A stretch of DNA of 64,000 nucleotides from NCBI GenBank assembly GCA_021731365.1, contig JAKFXL010000018.1, positions 940 to 64,939 of the forward strand, read 5' to 3'. A program made the position numbers and the translations under genes. Below, one piece after another: positions 42,142 to 51,091 of this stretch; positions within the stretch are counted from its first letter, which is position 1; each line of letters starts with the position of its first letter. The notes under the pieces are model-generated. The model had not been told where the DNA came from, made no database searches, and was given only the letters and a program-made list of their open reading frames with translations. This DNA comes from Gammaproteobacteria bacterium (GTDB lineage Bacteria > Pseudomonadota > Gammaproteobacteria > Tenderiales > Tenderiaceae).

Positions 42142-45100
42142 TCACCGCACCGGCATATCGCCACTGAACTTCAACAGATCAAACACAATCCGGGCGAAGT
42201 TGGCCGCCTTGGTTGGATCAGAGAGCAGCTGCATCATCTGATTTTGCTGTGCTTCGCTGCTGTCCAGCACCGCATCATCAATCGCCTTATTAAAGTCACC
42301 CAACAGCGCCTGTTCAGTTGTGTTGTTGGCCATCTGCTTCATTACCCGTTGGTTTTCACTCACTTTATCGCGGATGGTGTAGGCGTAGTTCACCATGTCT
42401 TTCTCTGATAAATGATCGGTGATAAATACCTCATTCAGACGGCTGATGATCTGGGAAAGAAATTCTTCTTTTTTATCTTTTGCCTTGGCAGTGCCTAAGC
42501 CATCGCCAGGCACTAAATACTCGTCCGCATCTTCTCGTAAGTTCAGATCCTGCTGACGGATTTTTGCCAGGCGGTAGTGACTGAGCGCGATGTTATCCAG
42601 ATCGATGTCATCTTCATCCATAATCGTCTCACGTAACATCGGCCGCAGGTTACGGGCGTAGAGGCTGAGCTTCTCCAGGTTTTTGTCATCGTAATCGACA
42701 ATCTGTGACATAAATTCATAGAAGCGCACAAAGGTGCCCAAATCTTTCTTGAAAATCTCCAGCGCATCCTTCTCCTGCTTACACTCCTTAAGGCTGTTTT
42801 CAGCATTGGCCAGCAATACCGCATCACCTGTTTTCTTGGTCCGATCAAACATCTCCTTGGCATATTTAAACGCATCAATGGCCGACTTATAACGCTTCTG
42901 CCAACGCTCGACCGCCGGTTTGCAAATATTGGCAATGGCGGCGTTGCTTTTGTTACGCACAAAAAATGCTGCGCAAAACTGCTCCACCTCATGCCACAGA
43001 AATATTCCGCTTGCTCGCAGCTTGTCGTAGAGATCAAAAATCAGATCCGGATCACTCACATCATCCAGCTCGGCGGTTTGGTAATAGGGTTGGAACGCCG
43101 CCAGAATTTCATCCGGTTCATTGAAGAAGTCCAGCACAAAGGTGCCAGTCTCGGCCTTCCCGAGATAGGTACGATTGAGGCGCGACAGCGTCTGTACACA
43201 CTCCACACCGCCCAGTTTTTTATCCACATACATGGCGCAGAGTTTGGGTTGATCAAAGCCGGTCTGGAATTTATTGGCAACGATCATCACCTGATAATCC
43301 TCAGAGTCAAAGGCCTTGCGCAGGTCACGACCCTTGAGGTTGGGATTCATATTGCTCTCGGTAAACTTCACGCCCAACAGCCCCTCACTATTAGGATCAC
43401 GTTCGTCAAATTCCACCTCACCCGAAAAGGCCACCATCGCATGAATCTTATGGTAGCCCTGCTGCGTGATGTATTTATCAAAACCCAGCTTGTACCGCAC
43501 CGCCTCCTTGCGTGAACTGGCCACCACCATCGCCTTGGCCTGTCCGCCCAGCAGCCCCATCACATTGTGTTTAAAGTGCTCCACAATCACCTGCACCTTC
43601 TGCGCGATGTTGTAGTCGTGCAGCCGCACCCACTGGTTGAGTTTCACCTTCGCCCTCTTACTCTCCACCTCCTGATCACCTGCCTCGATATTCAGCGCCA
43701 GCTGGTAGGCCACCTTGTAGTTGGTGTAGTTTTTGAGCACATCAAGGATGAATCCCTCCTCGATTGCCTGCCTCATGCTGTAAACGTGATAGGAGACCGG
43801 CTTATTGGTTTTTGAGGCCGGCAAGGTTGGATCAGGCAGACGACCAAACAGCTCCAGCGTCTTGGTCTTGGGTGTAGCGGTAAAGGCAAAATAGCTCAGA
43901 TTGGGTGACGCACGGCGGCTGGCCACCGCCGCATCGAGAATATCCTCCGAACTCAGCTCCGCCTCATCATCGCCTTTGGCGTCCACCATCAACACCTCTT
44001 TCAACTGCCGGGCGGTGGAACCACTTTGTGATGAGTGCGCCTCGTCGGCAATAATGGCGTAGTGGCGTGTTTTCAAACTCACACTGTTCTCGATCGCCTG
44101 CAATACAAACGGAAAGGTCTGAATGGTAACGATGATAATCGGCTGCGAACTCTCCAGCGCCGCCGCCAACTTCTCCGACTTGGAGCCATCGCCCTCACTG
44201 TTATTGATGCGCCCCACCACACCATCTACATGCTCGAACTGGTAGATGGTCTCCTGCAACTGCGCATCCAGCACCGTGCGGTCGGTAATAATAATCACCG
44301 AATCAAACTGCTTGTGGCCCGCCTGATCATAGAGCGATGAGAGCTGATGCGCCGTCCAGGCGATGGAGTTGGATTTGCCCGAACCGGCACTGTGTTGGAT
44401 CAGATATTTATGCCCCGGCCCTTCACTGCGCGCCGCCCCCACCAGCTTATTCACCACATCCCACTGGTGATAACGGGGGAAGATCAGCGACTCTTTTTTA
44501 TACTTGCGCCCCTCCCAAGTCTCGCGCTCCTCAATTTGCAAATGGACAAAACGGGCCAGAATCTTCAACAGATTATTCGGCAGCAGCACCTCATTCCACA
44601 GATAGTCCGTGGCGTATTGATTCACATCCTCCGGCACATCGTTACCAGCACCACCGCCAGCAGTGCCCTTGTTAAACGGCAGGAAACGAGACTCCTCCCC
44701 CTCCAGCCGTGTTGCCATGTAGACCTCATACTGGCTCACCGCAAAATGCACCAGCGCACCACGTTTAAAAGTGAGTAACGGTTCCGGTTTTTTAGTCACA
44801 GGGTCAACCGCCAGGCGCGTGGTTTTGTACTGTTTGATGGCGTTGTGCACCGCCTGTTTGAATTCCGACTTCAGCTCCAGCGTCGCCACCGGCAGGCCAT
44901 TTACAAACAGCACCAGATCGATACGCCACGTCTTTGCCCGGCTACCACTCTCGGCCAGATGTGCCTCCGTCGCCCACGGGCTATAGACCAGCTCCGGCAC
45001 CACCCGCAGGCGGTTCTGCTGGTAACGCGCCAACGTATCGGGGTTCAAATCATGTTCGGGTTTGAATTGACACAGACTAAAACGGGTACCGCGATCACGC

Positions 45101-45405
45101 AGCTCATGGCGCAACAGACCCAGCGTGCCAAAGGTGCGCAGCTCTTTATTGGCCGCATTGGGATCGGCCTTATTCAGCTGTGAGGCGACACGTTCCAGAA
45201 ACGTCTGTTCGGGATTGTTGGGATAAAGGGCGCAAAACTTCTGCCACTGCGCATCCTGCGACTCTTTTACAAAACCGAGCAGGTCGTCAGGGTACAACGC
45301 CAATTCACGATTGTAGTTTTCCGGTTTACCCAACAGCCAGCCATTGGCCAACAGCTGTTGAATGATGTCGTCCTGAAATACTCGCTCAATCGCCTTATCA
45401 ACCAT
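42142..45405 (-). CDS. hsdR: type I restriction enzyme R subunit
   Basis: 1087 aa; N-terminal ..WRIDLVLFVNGLPVATLELKSE.. nuclease motif, SF2 helicase motifs (..HSAGSGKSNSIAW.., ..IIADEAHSSQ..), and a typical HsdR C-terminus. Confidence 0.93.
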   Translation of the reverse strand: MVDKAIERVFQDDIIQQLLANGWLLGKPENYNRELALYPDDLLGFVKESQDAQWQKFCALYPNNPEQTFLERVASQLNKADPNAANKELRTFGTLGLLRHELRDRGTRFSLCQFKPEHDLNPDTLARYQQNRLRVVPELVYSPWATEAHLAESGSRAKTWRIDLVLFVNGLPVATLELKSEFKQAVHNAIKQYKTTRLAVDPVTKKPEPLLTFKRGALVHFAVSQYEVYMATRLEGEESRFLPFNKGTAGGGAGNDVPEDVNQYATDYLWNEVLLPNNLLKILARFVHLQIEERETWEGRKYKKESLIFPRYHQWDVVNKLVGAARSEGPGHKYLIQHSAGSGKSNSIAWTAHQLSSLYDQAGHKQFDSVIIITDRTVLDAQLQETIYQFEHVDGVVGRINNSEGDGSKSEKLAAALESSQPIIIVTIQTFPFVLQAIENSVSLKTRHYAIIADEAHSSQSGSTARQLKEVLMVDAKGDDEAELSSEDILDAAVASRRASPNLSYFAFTATPKTKTLELFGRLPDPTLPASKTNKPVSYHVYSMRQAIEEGFILDVLKNYTNYKVAYQLALNIEAGDQEVESKRAKVKLNQWVRLHDYNIAQKVQVIVEHFKHNVMGLLGGQAKAMVVASSRKEAVRYKLGFDKYITQQGYHKIHAMVAFSGEVEFDERDPNSEGLLGVKFTESNMNPNLKGRDLRKAFDSEDYQVMIVANKFQTGFDQPKLCAMYVDKKLGGVECVQTLSRLNRTYLGKAETGTFVLDFFNEPDEILAAFQPYYQTAELDDVSDPDLIFDLYDKLRASGIFLWHEVEQFCAAFFVRNKSNAAIANICKPAVERWQKRYKSAIDAFKYAKEMFDRTKKTGDAVLLANAENSLKECKQEKDALEIFKKDLGTFVRFYEFMSQIVDYDDKNLEKLSLYARNLRPMLRETIMDEDDIDLDNIALSHYRLAKIRQQDLNLREDADEYLVPGDGLGTAKAKDKKEEFLSQIISRLNEVFITDHLSEKDMVNYAYTIRDKVSENQRVMKQMANNTTEQALLGDFNKAIDDAVLDSSEAQQNQMMQLLSDPTKAANFARIVFDLLKFSGDMPVR

Positions 45406-45409
45406 CCGC

Positions 45410-46330
45410 CTACTCCCCCACCCCTAATAACGCCTCAAGCCCGGCAATCGCTGCGGCATGTTTTTTCTTATCCATTCGTTGCAGGTTATGCAACTTCCAC
45501 TTAATCGCTGGGAGATGCTCAACACCCTGCAAACCCAGCAACGGCCACTCAGGCGCACATTTTTTAAACGACAACAGAAAGCATCGTTCTTCTGCAGTCA
45601 GTGATGTAGCGAGCTGTTCTATCAATGCCTCTCGCACTGCCAGCAGCTCTACAAGGCCAACCTCAAGCTCCGCCATATTCGAGAACTCACCATGATAGAG
45701 ATCAGCAATCTCTTTGCGCGCCGGATTTAACAGCTCTGTCAACGGGCGGTTATGGCTAATCAGATAGACAATGACCGCCTTGCGCAGATCACTACTGATT
45801 CCCTCATTTTCCAGCAGCAGTTTGACATCAAAGAGATCCCTCGGGTGTTGGCGATCAAGTGCAGCACATATCTTCCCCGCATAAAGATCGGGCAACGAGA
45901 CAAGCGCCATCTCAACATAACCGAACTCATCTTCTACTTTTTCTGTTACCGCTCGTCTCTCCACATCGAACACCGTGCCACGCAACACAGGTGAAAGTTC
46001 GATTTTTATCTGCACACCGGCACGCTGAACAATCAACCGCAACGCATCGCTTTTATCATCGAAGGCCTTATGAATAGAGGTGCTGGGGAGCGCACGTGTA
46101 ATCTGCAGGCTTATTTCAAGAAGTGCCGCCTTAATCTCCGCCAGCGCCTCATCCCGCTCACTCACAGGCAAATAGATCAGATCGATATCCACCGACAATC
46201 TGGGCAGATCACGTATGAACAGGTTAATCGCCGTCCCGCCCTTTAAGGCAAAGCAACGCTGCTGCGCCACCATCGGCAGCGTCTGAACCAGCAACTGAAC
46301 TTGCCGGTAGTAGCTGCTCTGCCTATCCAT
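45410..46330 (-). CDS. nucleotidyltransferase, AbiEii/DUF1814-like toxin component
   Basis: 306 aa with ..FALKGGTAINLFIRDLPRLSVDIDLIY.. (GG..N....D.D nucleotidyltransferase-fold motif typical of AbiEii/AbiGii). It is paired with the upstream AbiEi-like gene, with a 4-nt overlap. Confidence 0.65.
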   Translation of the reverse strand: MDRQSSYYRQVQLLVQTLPMVAQQRCFALKGGTAINLFIRDLPRLSVDIDLIYLPVSERDEALAEIKAALLEISLQITRALPSTSIHKAFDDKSDALRLIVQRAGVQIKIELSPVLRGTVFDVERRAVTEKVEDEFGYVEMALVSLPDLYAGKICAALDRQHPRDLFDVKLLLENEGISSDLRKAVIVYLISHNRPLTELLNPARKEIADLYHGEFSNMAELEVGLVELLAVREALIEQLATSLTAEERCFLLSFKKCAPEWPLLGLQGVEHLPAIKWKLHNLQRMDKKKHAAAIAGLEALLGVGE

Positions 46331-47126
46331 GCATATGTGCCGGTACAGTGATTTGATACTTCCCGTCCAGCTTGCCCCCTTTACACAACACCCGTTTACC
46401 CGCGCCGAAGTTAACCCGCTCAGCGTTCAGCTTGTTCAACCAGGCATAGCCATGGCGCTCAGCCAGCCAAAAGAACAAGCGACTCACTTTTACACTCTGA
46501 CAATGCTCAAGCAAAAACTGAAGCCTGCGTGGCGACAAACTGGTAAGCCCCTGCATGATCTCATCCGCATGTTCAAAAGAGACCTTCTCAGGCACATCCG
46601 CCAACAGTTCAAGATAGGCGCGCTCAGTGGCAGACAACAGCAACACCGGCAGATCTTCACGCCACAGATGAGTAACAACCAGCTTCTCATCCGCAGCCAA
46701 CTCATCCCATGCCGCCATCGAGGTGTGCCAGACAAACTCAACCTCCAGTGGCAGCCTGTTGAGCCATGATGGTGCCTTCACCTGCGAATAAAGATGCACC
46801 GTTTTTTTAGCCGAAACGGAGAGATAGTGCCCCAACCCCAGCAGCTCCAGCGCCGTAACCCCGCCCACCAGAACCGGAACAGCCATCATCCGTTGTAAGG
46901 AGCAGACCACCCCTTGCCAGGTCAGCAGTACATTCGCCTTGCTATAGACCCCACTTGTTACCGCCACCAGCTGCCCGCTTTTAACGTGGTTATCCAGCGT
47001 ATGGCGGCTAAAGCCCTGCTCCAATAACCACTTTTTGCTGGCGATCAGTCCGTGGGGCAGCCACCTCTCCAACATCTCCGACTGCTCTTTTTTTGCGCTC
47101 ATTGGTTTAACTATCCAAATATCCAC
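46323..47126 (-). CDS. AbiEi-like antitoxin / transcriptional regulator (type IV TA)
   Basis: 267 aa. The N-terminal region (..HGLIASKKWLLEQGFSRHTLDNHVKSGQLVAVTSGVYS..) resembles the AbiEi wHTH domain. It is located directly upstream of, and overlapping, the DUF1814 gene. Confidence 0.55.
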   Translation of the reverse strand: MDIWIVKPMSAKKEQSEMLERWLPHGLIASKKWLLEQGFSRHTLDNHVKSGQLVAVTSGVYSKANVLLTWQGVVCSLQRMMAVPVLVGGVTALELLGLGHYLSVSAKKTVHLYSQVKAPSWLNRLPLEVEFVWHTSMAAWDELAADEKLVVTHLWREDLPVLLLSATERAYLELLADVPEKVSFEHADEIMQGLTSLSPRRLQFLLEHCQSVKVSRLFFWLAERHGYAWLNKLNAERVNFGAGKRVLCKGGKLDGKYQITVPAHMHG

Positions 47127-47299
47127 GGCGCTATTCGCCGCATATCTTTATTATACTAAACCATAGTGCAAAAATAGACGGTTTACAATACCTGTTTTTT
47201 ACGGCAGCAGACACCGCATTATCCGTGGAATATAAACCCAGCCAATCCCATCACCTGCGACCTTGCAGACACGCGGGATGTGGCGGAGGACGGAGCGCT

Positions 47300-47445
47300 G
47301 GTTTTATGTGGCGCTTGCCTGGTTTCCACGGTCCTCCGTGGGCTTGTGCCCGATCTGGGGGTAAATCCATACCTCACTTCACTCATCACCCTCCGTCTGC
47401 ATTCCCATACCCACAGGGCACAAGCGCCGGAGCGTGGGAACGAAA
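47300..47445. repeat. hairpin-rich palindromic repeat element, locus A (about 1 unit)
   Basis: GGTTTCCACGGTCCTCCGTGGGCTTGTGCCC...CATACC.CACTTCACTCATCACCCTCCGTCTGCATTCCCATACCCACAGGGCACAAGCGCCGGAGCGTGGGAACGA. It shares the CCCACGGTCCTCCGTGGG and TTCCCAC...GTGGGAA hairpins with loci B and C. Confidence 0.8.
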
Positions 47446-47498
47446 GAAATTTTCAACACACACTGATCAAGCCTGTTTATATACAGTGCTTAACAACG

Positions 47499-48243
47499 CT
47501 ACGTTACAGGCAATCGGATAAATGCACGGGCAATATGAAGTAAACGATTTTTCCGTGCTACCTCAACACCCTCACGACTACCGGCACTGTTGGTATTCCC
47601 CTCTATAGAGGTAAATGAATTACCCTGCGCCGACTCAACAATGCCGATATGCGAAAAGGTGAACACCACAATATCACCCTTGCGAGGCCGGTACAGCTCA
47701 CTTTTAGCATTAAAAACAATACACTTTTTGCGTCTTGGCCCAAATATTTAAAAAACGATTTACTGACGCCTCACGAGGTGCTGTCACCCCATGAAAACTA
47801 GAAGACTGTTTTATCAACAGTTGAGTACAGTGAGATACAAATGCCGCGCACCACGGATACCCATCCGTCGTCGTCGGGGTTAACTTAAGATCATCTGCGG
47901 AAAAAATCTCTTGTAGACTTTTAGATGTGCCAGCACGATTATCCCACGTCTCCCTAACACCAATATACTTCGCCGCAATATCAGCCAGAACACTCTGAGC
48001 TGAATTGACTGACGTAGTGTTGGTAACCGGCTTAGCGGAGATCAAATGTGCATTAGTCGCTGGACCAACCACACCATCCACAGCAATACCAGCACTCATC
48101 TGAAACTGCTTTACAGCTTTTTCAGTAGCTTGACCAAAACTACCATCAACAACCATTGGCGGTGACAGCTTAAGCAGCCCATTCAAAAGTACTTGCAACT
48201 TTTTAACAGCCTCTCCTCTCATTCCCCTTTTTAATATTGCCAC
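47499..48243 (-). pseudogene. peptidoglycan-binding-domain / TIGR02594-like cell-wall hydrolase gene, apparently frameshifted
   Basis: The 177-aa ORF 47710..48243 has a PG_binding_1-like N-terminus (..LKRGMRGEAVKKLQVLLN..VDGSFGQATEKAVKQFQ..GIAVDGVVGPATNAHL) and ..GYPWCAAFVSHC... The family C-terminus (..AKSELYRPRKGDIVVFTFSHIGIVESAQGNSFTSIEGNTNSAGSREGVEVARKNR..) continues in another frame, down to a stop near 47499. The shift lies near the A/T homopolymers around 47700-47715. Confidence 0.6.
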
Positions 48244-48258
48244 AGTTGACTCCTAATC

Positions 48259-48741
48259 CTATTTATTCGCGCTGTAGAGCATCCATAAATCACCGGGGAT
48301 GCCTTCAACCTCACTGTGATTTTCCAAAATCAGCAATCCATCATTCGTCGCAGAACCGGTTATACCCGGCCCTTGAAATTGATGATCATCAATACAGGTA
48401 ATCGAGTATGTTTTTTCTGATATTGGCAATCCCGGCTCATTGAAGCTACGGCTAAGCTGCCATGTTTTATTTTTTTGAACCAAATTTACACTGGAAACTG
48501 CGCCACCCATTTCAATACGGTAAACCCCAGCAGCCATTACTTTGGCCACCTTAAAAGTGGAAAAAGAGACAACGTCAGTCCCCACCAACACATCATCGAT
48601 CTGAGCGCCTTCATTTGTAGGGTTGCACACCACAGCCTGAGGAGCACTCAATGCCACTATCGGTGACTCAAGTTCAGAGGAACATCCCGATACCAGAGCA
48701 AGACCCAACAGCATCGAACACAAATATCCACACCGTCTCAT
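48259..48741 (-). CDS. hypothetical lipoprotein (160 aa)
   Basis: MRRCGYLCSMLLGLALVSGC (lipobox L-V-S-G-C). It lies directly upstream of the hydrolase gene on the same strand. No recognisable domain. Confidence 0.6.
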   Translation of the reverse strand: MRRCGYLCSMLLGLALVSGCSSELESPIVALSAPQAVVCNPTNEGAQIDDVLVGTDVVSFSTFKVAKVMAAGVYRIEMGGAVSSVNLVQKNKTWQLSRSFNEPGLPISEKTYSITCIDDHQFQGPGITGSATNDGLLILENHSEVEGIPGDLWMLYSANK

Positions 48742-48828
48742 AAAACACTCCCAACAACGCCAATACTGTTCATAACAGCTCCTATAAAATCCTAATAGAG
48801 ATCAAAAAACCAATACCAACGAAGAGTA

Positions 48829-49057
48829 ACCCTGGTACCCACGGTCCCCCGTGGGCTTGTGCCAAATCTGGGGGTAAACCCATACCGCGCTTCACTCATC
48901 ACCCGTCGTCTGCATTCCCACGCCGGAGCGTGGGAACGAGAGGCTTCGGTTTAGCTGCCGTGGTGGCTGAAACCACCCTGGTTCCCACGGTCCTCCGTGG
49001 GAACCCATACCGCACGTCACTCATCACCCACCGTCTACACTCCCATACCCACACGGA
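48829..49057. repeat. hairpin-rich palindromic repeat element, locus B (about 2 units)
   Basis: ACCCTGGTACCCACGGTCCCCCGTGGGCTTGTGCC...GCCGGAGCGTGGGAACGAGAGGCTTCGGTTTAGCTGCCGTGGTGGCTGAAACCACCCTGGTTCCCACGGTCCTCCGTGGGAACCCATACCGCACGTCACTCATCACCC... is nearly identical to parts of locus C. Confidence 0.85.
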
Positions 49058-49177
49058 ATATAAATACAAGTGTTTGGAAACAATAACTTAATACACCCTA
49101 CCCACCACCTACCTGTATTTTCACTAGGGACTAATATATCCTTATCCTTCATACCAATATATTCGGAGTCATCTCAA

Positions 49178-50287
49178 ATGGATAACTATCAAATAGTAGG
49201 TACATTTTCAGTACAAGCCAAAAAAACCGAGGACGGCAAACACAGTTTCACTGCTACATCTAAGAACCCCCCCACCAAACAGCCAGTATCCAATCAACCA
49301 CTGGATATCACCTCATCATATACATGCTATCAACCAATCAATCTGCACAGCACCTACTCTGAATACAGAGGCATGATATGGGGGAAGATCGATCTCGCTG
49401 CAGGTGATATCTGGCCCGACTGGGATGGTCAGAGAATCATCATAGAGGCCAGCCCAAGTCGCATTATATATATGAAATACGGAGGGACCAGCAGCCAAAG
49501 CATTTATATACAACCCCCAAAAGACTTTATTACCAACGTAACAACCGACACATTTAATCGAAAAGCCGCAGAAAAAACCAAACTAACCAAAAGACTCGCC
49601 GAATGGGAAGTCCATTTCCTCACTGGTTTTTTAGGGGCCGCACACTGGGCCGGACTTGCTACTGTACTGGGCACGGATATATTGCAACAAGTCATAAGCG
49701 AAAGAAAACGTAATACAAGTTATCGTGAAGCCGCCAACGACATCATTGATGTTGATAAAGATTTAAAAGAAATAGCCCCTGTATTTAGAGGAAAAATATA
49801 TGAAGCCCTTATCGGAGGTATAAAAAGCAGGCCTGGAGAAAAAACCAAAACCCTCATACAAACACTTCCACCACTCATCTTAAAGGATGACAAAACCACC
49901 GGAAGGATTGCGGGCGCAATTGCGGCAAAATTCATGTTCGGCACTAACAACAAAATAGTGACCTTTTTTGTCTTACAAACCATCACCACACAAATTGCAC
50001 TAAAGAGTCCATCAAAACTACCCCCAGCTGTTGGCTTAACACTTCAGGACTCATTAAAAAAGCTGCTGCCTGATATTGATAAACTGGATTCAACCAACCC
50101 CAATGACCAAAAAATATTAATAGATCAGATGGTTGACCTGTTTCAACAGCTGGGCGTCACTGTCAGCGCACATGAATCCACGACCATTGCAGACGAGATC
50201 CGCAGAAACCCTGAACGCATATCAAACAACATGAAAAAACTTGGCAACGCATTTGAAAAAATTGTTAATGCAGATCAAGCCAAATGA
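49178..50287 (+). CDS. hypothetical protein (about 369 aa), AT-rich, no recognisable domain
   Basis: ATG at 49178 with a GGAG SD (MDNYQIVGTFSVQAKK...). It has amphipathic or hydrophobic helical segments (FLTGFLGAAHWAGLATVLG; GRIAGAIAAKFMFG; VTFFVLQTITTQIAL). It is the first gene of a three-gene same-strand cassette. Confidence 0.55.
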   Translation: MDNYQIVGTFSVQAKKTEDGKHSFTATSKNPPTKQPVSNQPLDITSSYTCYQPINLHSTYSEYRGMIWGKIDLAAGDIWPDWDGQRIIIEASPSRIIYMKYGGTSSQSIYIQPPKDFITNVTTDTFNRKAAEKTKLTKRLAEWEVHFLTGFLGAAHWAGLATVLGTDILQQVISERKRNTSYREAANDIIDVDKDLKEIAPVFRGKIYEALIGGIKSRPGEKTKTLIQTLPPLILKDDKTTGRIAGAIAAKFMFGTNNKIVTFFVLQTITTQIALKSPSKLPPAVGLTLQDSLKKLLPDIDKLDSTNPNDQKILIDQMVDLFQQLGVTVSAHESTTIADEIRRNPERISNNMKKLGNAFEKIVNADQAK

Positions 50288-50664
50288 GGACAACACCAAC
50301 ATTGCTGTCACTCTTACTGTCCGCCCTAATCACTCTACCCATCGTATGTGCTGCCGGTCAGGCTCAAAAAGATACCACGCTATTTATACAAGAGTCTGAG
50401 CGATTCTGCATGTTATTTAAGCCAAACGTCTGGACTGACATGAAAAAAGATCATCAAGGTGCAGCACTCATGGATGAATTTCTCAGACGCGTCGACGAAG
50501 CTGTCAATACACCCGAGTTTGAGGCCATACTTGACCAACAATACAAACAAGAAAAAACACCGACTGCACTCTATCAATACTATATAAAAGAGATCTCGGC
50601 GCTCACCGCCATACCATTTTCCTGCCCCGATTTAAAAACATATTTTGAAGAATCGATCAGATAA
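50284..50664 (+). CDS. hypothetical secreted/periplasmic protein (126 aa)
   Basis: The start overlaps the previous stop (ATGA). It has a signal peptide MRTTPTLLSLLLSALITLPIVCAAGQA. Confidence 0.5.
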   Translation: MRTTPTLLSLLLSALITLPIVCAAGQAQKDTTLFIQESERFCMLFKPNVWTDMKKDHQGAALMDEFLRRVDEAVNTPEFEAILDQQYKQEKTPTALYQYYIKEISALTAIPFSCPDLKTYFEESIR

Positions 50665-50679
50665 CCACAACCCCTCTCA

Positions 50680-51030
50680 TTGACTAAAAAAATGACACAG
50701 AACCATTCGAACTTATTATCAAAAACCGCCATCTTCTTGTTAACAGCGGCCAACATTGCATTGGGCATACTGGTGGCAATTTTGATGATGGGCGGTGAGT
50801 TTCTCAACATAGCACTTGACGTACACAGCCAGGAGACTAAAAGCACGTTTGACGTTTTTTTTACAACCTACGTTCTTCATCCCGCATCGGGGATAGTCTA
50901 TGTATCCATGTTCATCGGCTTGGCCGTGTATCAATATAAAATTAAGTCACGTTTCTATCAGATTATGGCAAACATTGTGATGTTAGCTCTATCACTCATT
51001 ATTTTACTCAAGATATTTTATTTATATTAG
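50680..51030 (+). CDS. hypothetical small membrane protein (116 aa, about 3 TM)
   Basis: TM helices (AIFLLTAANIALGILVAILMMGG; IVYVSMFIGLAVY; IMANIVMLALSLIILLKIFYLY). It is the last gene of the cassette. Confidence 0.5.
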   Translation: MTKKMTQNHSNLLSKTAIFLLTAANIALGILVAILMMGGEFLNIALDVHSQETKSTFDVFFTTYVLHPASGIVYVSMFIGLAVYQYKIKSRFYQIMANIVMLALSLIILLKIFYLY

Positions 51031-51091
51031 TAAGTTGGGGTTCGTGCCATCACCAACACACCCAGCATCAACCCAACCTACAAGCTGATAC

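Noticed and set aside
47225-47543. ORFs 47225..47521, 47280..47543, 51115..51423 (+) and 51135..51371 (-) called inside the repeat elements
   Set aside because: They lie wholly within hairpin-rich repeats and are nearly identical between loci only because the DNA repeats are. There is no coding signature.
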